A DNA stretch of 64,000 nt from Candidatus Latescibacterota bacterium (lineage in GTDB: Bacteria > Latescibacterota > UBA2968 > UBA8231): contig OZ241362.1 of assembly GCA_965200315.1 (NCBI GenBank), positions 2,752,001 through 2,816,000 on the forward strand, given 5' to 3'. This document shows positions 60,742-64,000 of this stretch, piece by piece. Every line of letters starts with the position of its first letter. The first letter of the stretch is position 1. The notes under the pieces were generated by a model, which did no database searches, was not told the origin of the DNA, and saw only the letters and a list, made by a program, of their open reading frames with translations. The position numbers were made by a program, and so were the translations under genes.

Positions 60742-61584
60742 ATGGATGCTTCTTGCTTGCAGTACGCGTTGACCGAGGCCGAACGCCTAGAGTTCTCCCA
60801 GCGCGGCTACGTTGTCTTCGACGAGATGCTGCCTCCCGACGTGGTTGACCCACTAGTGGAAGTCTCCGACCGGATTGACGCGGAGGAACGCCAAAAGCGC
60901 GGCGTCGGCCCCTACGACCGGCTGACCGTCCGCGACATGGTTTGGCGCGACGAACGCTACCTAGCCTTGGTCGATTGGCCCCGAGCACTGCCCAAGGTCT
61001 GGGGAACCCTCGGCTGGAATATCCAGATTTACCACACCGTCCTCGCCTACAGTCCGGCCGCCGAGCCTAACAACTGCCAAGTCAAGATGCAGGGCTGGCA
61101 CCAAGACTCGGACCGCGTCAACCACGAGATCGAGTCCATCCCCCGGCCGCGGATTTCGGTCAAGATGGCCTATTTCCTCAGCGACTGTTCGGCAGCAGGC
61201 CGCGCCAATTTCTGGGTCGTGCCCGGCAGCCATGTGCTGGCCGAGTATGACATCCCCGACGACGGCTCTTTGCCCCGCAACGCCGTCCCCGTGTTGGTGC
61301 CGCAGGGCGGGGCTGTGCTCTTCGACCGTCGGATTTGGCACTCGGCCAGTTCCAATGTCTCCGCTGTTGCCCGCAAAGTGCTTTTCTACGGCTACTCCTA
61401 TCGCTGGCTCCGCCCCCGCGACGACCAGACCGTCGAACACCTTTTTGAGCACTCTGACCCGATTCGCCGCCAGCTATTGGGGTATGCGCCTACCGGCGGC
61501 TACGGTTACACCTCGCCTACCGATGAGGACGTTCCACTGCGCGTCTTTCTGCGCCAACATCTCGGGGCCGAAGCCGCCTCCTGA
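60742..61584 (+). CDS. Phytanoyl-CoA dioxygenase (PhyH) family protein
   Basis: GWHQD, VPGSH, FDRRIWHS. Confidence 0.88.
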   Translation: MDASCLQYALTEAERLEFSQRGYVVFDEMLPPDVVDPLVEVSDRIDAEERQKRGVGPYDRLTVRDMVWRDERYLALVDWPRALPKVWGTLGWNIQIYHTVLAYSPAAEPNNCQVKMQGWHQDSDRVNHEIESIPRPRISVKMAYFLSDCSAAGRANFWVVPGSHVLAEYDIPDDGSLPRNAVPVLVPQGGAVLFDRRIWHSASSNVSAVARKVLFYGYSYRWLRPRDDQTVEHLFEHSDPIRRQLLGYAPTGGYGYTSPTDEDVPLRVFLRQHLGAEAAS

Positions 61585-62606
61585 TGCGGGCGTTGGTAAC
61601 TGGCGGCACCGGCTTTGTCGGAGGTGCCTTGGTCCGCGCCCTCGTCGCTAGCGGCGCACAAATCCGGGTGCTGGCGCGGCCCGCTAGTCAGACCGAGGCG
61701 CTGGAGACTTTGGGCGTCGAAATCGTCCGCGGCGACATCCTCGTTCGTGCGAGCATCGAAGCCGCGCTCGCAGGTTGCGATACCCTCTTCCACGCCGCAG
61801 CCCTCTACGACCTGTGGGGGTTGGACGAGGCCGAACTCTTGGCCACTGAAACCGAGGGGACCCGCAACGCCATGGCGGCGGCGTTGGCAGTCGGCGTCGC
61901 CAAGGTCGTCTATACCAGTACCGCTGTCTGTCTCGGCGAGGCCAAAGGCCACGTTGCCACCGAAACAACAGTCCATCGCGGCTACTTTCTCTCCAGTTAT
62001 GAAAAGGCCAAACGCGCAGCCGAGCAGGTGGCGTTCTCGTATGCAGACAAAGGAGTGCCGCTCGTCTGCGTCCAGCCCGCTGCCATCTACGGTCCGGGCG
62101 ACCGCAAACCCTCCGGGCGCTTTATCATTAACCTGCTCAACGGTCGGGTTCCCGCGCTCTTTCCCGGCTGGATGAGCTTGGTGTACATTGACGACGCAGC
62201 TCGGGGGCACGTGCTGGCGGCTAAAAATGGCCGCGTCGGGGAGCGCTACATACTCGCGGGCACTGTCGGCAAACTCACCGAACTCGGCCAGCAGGTCTGT
62301 CGCTTAGCCGGACGCTGGTCGCCGCCGACCATTCCCGCTCTGCTGGCGGCCCCCTACGCGCTCGGCGGCGAGGCCCTTTCGCGCCTGACCCGCAGACCGC
62401 CGGTTCTGTCGTGGGAAACCTACCGACTCGCCGCGCACGGTTTTCGCGCCGATGGAAGCCGTGTCACCGAGGAGTTGGGCCTAGTCTACACGGACCAAGA
62501 AGAAGGGTTGACGCGGACGATCAATTGGTACTGGGAGCAGGGCTTGCTTAGACGCCGTCCGGCTTGTTTTCGCACAAGGAACCCGCAAAACGCCGATCAT
62601 CGGTAG
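61584..62606 (+). CDS. NAD-dependent epimerase/dehydratase (DFR/HpnA-like)
   Basis: VTGGTGFVG, FHAAA, YEKAK, IYGPGD. Confidence 0.9.
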   Translation: MRALVTGGTGFVGGALVRALVASGAQIRVLARPASQTEALETLGVEIVRGDILVRASIEAALAGCDTLFHAAALYDLWGLDEAELLATETEGTRNAMAAALAVGVAKVVYTSTAVCLGEAKGHVATETTVHRGYFLSSYEKAKRAAEQVAFSYADKGVPLVCVQPAAIYGPGDRKPSGRFIINLLNGRVPALFPGWMSLVYIDDAARGHVLAAKNGRVGERYILAGTVGKLTELGQQVCRLAGRWSPPTIPALLAAPYALGGEALSRLTRRPPVLSWETYRLAAHGFRADGSRVTEELGLVYTDQEEGLTRTINWYWEQGLLRRRPACFRTRNPQNADHR

Positions 62607-62609
62607 GCA

Positions 62610-63082
62610 ATGTCGTTGGGTGGGCTGCTAATTCTCTGCTCACAACGGAGCGCGACAAGTACCACTTTCAAAAGTGGGCCGTTGAACTTGCCGAGGGCTT
62701 TGTAACGGCGAAACGATCCGCAGATGGCGGTATTGATGGCCGGATTTACTTTGATGGTGATAATACCGAGGATTTGGAAAGCATGATCTTGGAAGTGAAG
62801 GGGGGTAGGACGGTATCACAAGCCGATCTGCGCGGGCTGCGCGGTGCGCGGGCCGATAGTAGCGCATTGTTGGGGGGGCTTATTGTCCTACATCCACTTG
62901 GGCAACGACAAGAAACGAATTTCAAGCGCTAGATGGCGCGGGCCGGTACGGTGTCGATTAGAGGCCGGAAGTATCCCAAGCTACAACTCAGGACCGTAGA
63001 GCAAATACTAGCCGGTGAGAACTTCGATACGCCGCCGGTACTAGGCCGTCAGCAGAAGGCGCAACAACAACTTGACCTTTAG
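62610..63082 (+). pseudogene. C-terminal Mrr-like nuclease fragment of a methyltransferase-endonuclease fusion, with internal stop
   Basis: FQKWAV...ADGGIDG...EVKGG; TAG at 62930-62932, frame continues YPKLQLRTVEQIL to 63082. Confidence 0.65.
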
Positions 63083-63100
63083 GACAAAGCCCCTATCATT

Positions 63101-63115
63101 GCCATTAGTAATGGC
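63101..63115. promoter_or_regulatory. Perfect 7-1-7 palindrome, possible operator
   Basis: GCCATTA-G-TAATGGC about 50 bp upstream of ATG 63164. Confidence 0.3.
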
Positions 63116-63163
63116 GTCCGTCCAACAGGATGCGTCCCATCCATCACCGTAGGAGGAATCCCT

Positions 63164-64000
63164 ATGTTCCGCATCATCGCCGCTTTTATCGCCTTCGTCT
63201 TGGTCGCCTGCGACCGCGACGCGCCAACGCAGCCCACAGGAGGAGCGGGCAAAGCCAACTGTCCGTTGTGCGAATACTTAGGAGATAGTAAATACACGAT
63301 TCCCGACGGGGTAACCGTACCCGAAAACGAACCCGACAGCACCGCTACCGACCCCTCACAGGACGAATCTCCCGACACCGTTACCGACCCCTCACAAGAT
63401 GAATCCCCAGAAAACATCGACCCCCCACAAATTGACCCCCCACAAAACTACGCTCTGAGTACACCTCCTCCGACTTGGGTATTTGCAGGAGATGTACCGA
63501 ATTCCGAACGGATTGAGCTCCAAGAGGAGATGGAGGCCGCCCGCGCTTTCTTCGCCGAGCGGTACGGCGTCGAGGCAACCGACTTTACCGTGCTGGTCGC
63601 TACCGACAATGAAGCTCTCGCCCCGGTGTTCCGGGATGCAACCGGCATGGACCTTGGGTATGACTACCCAATCTGGTCGCGTCACAGCGGCGGAGAGGAA
63701 CCGGCGGCACTTCCATTGCCTTTTGTTGAGATTGCCAATAACGGCAGGGGTGTCGTGGTGCTTACGTACGGGAAACACGCTTTCTCTACTCTCAAGGAAG
63801 CCATCGTCCATGAGTACTTCCACGTTTTACAGAACGATCTCGCTCCAAGCACCAAGTTCGACGCACCCTTCTGGATGGTGGAAGGCACGGCCATGTATGC
63901 CGAATACGTGTACAGCCAATCAGGGCCGGACCGACGGCCTTTTTTTGATATGTACTCCCCCTACAGAGACTTAGGGGAGGCGATTAATGAGTTTGAGATA
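63164..64000 (+). CDS. Lipoprotein with acidic repeat linker and gluzincin-like HExxH domain, runs off window
   Basis: Absent from the ORF track because it has no stop in the window. RBS AGGAGG; MFRIIAAFIAFVLVAC; HEYFH...WMVEGTAMY. Confidence 0.75.
   Translation, partial: MFRIIAAFIAFVLVACDRDAPTQPTGGAGKANCPLCEYLGDSKYTIPDGVTVPENEPDSTATDPSQDESPDTVTDPSQDESPENIDPPQIDPPQNYALSTPPPTWVFAGDVPNSERIELQEEMEAARAFFAERYGVEATDFTVLVATDNEALAPVFRDATGMDLGYDYPIWSRHSGGEEPAALPLPFVEIANNGRGVVVLTYGKHAFSTLKEAIVHEYFHVLQNDLAPSTKFDAPFWMVEGTAMYAEYVYSQSGPDRRPFFDMYSPYRDLGEAINEFEI
63341..63445 (+). repeat. In-frame tandem repeats (2x36 bp, 2x15 bp)
   Basis: T(A/V)TDPSQDESP(D/E) twice at 63341-63412; IDPPQ twice at 63416-63445. 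Confidence 0.85.

Noticed and set aside
3749-62932. In-frame stops (TAA 3749, TAG 62930) as evidence of genetic code reassignment
   Set aside because: The two codons differ, both lie in decayed genes, and all three stop codons terminate intact genes here
1-64000. CRISPR arrays, tRNA and rRNA genes
   Set aside because: No regularly spaced repeat-spacer series, cloverleaf or rRNA-like stretch was recognised by eye

Overview
A GC-rich bacterial chromosomal segment dominated by carbohydrate and acid-sugar catabolism. It holds five enolase-superfamily dehydratases, three Gfo/Idh/MocA oxidoreductases, a GH88, a lyase-like protein, a sulfatase and two PhyH dioxygenases. Housekeeping genes include acnA, modABC, mtnP, rfbA, oadGBA, birA, phoX, recQ and amtB. 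The gene content and C-terminal sorting motifs suggest a Latescibacterota/Poribacteria-like, possibly sponge-associated organism (inference only). Small AT-richer islets are interspersed: a Panacea antitoxin with a nonsense-interrupted toxin, an SDH/ClpP-fold protease with a 63-aa partner, a type III R-M system, and a PIN toxin-antitoxin islet flanked by a synonymously recoded duplicate of the recQ 3' end. There are many gene remnants, a MITE family carrying a REP-like palindrome, and GTAG-type REPs. The best candidates for undescribed biology are a ferritin-like (DUF455) di-iron/ATP-grasp fusion enzyme, the SDH protease two-gene module, the integrase-less recQ islet and a divergent transketolase-like operon. 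No rRNA, tRNA or CRISPR array was seen. All family calls come from motif recognition by eye, not database searches.
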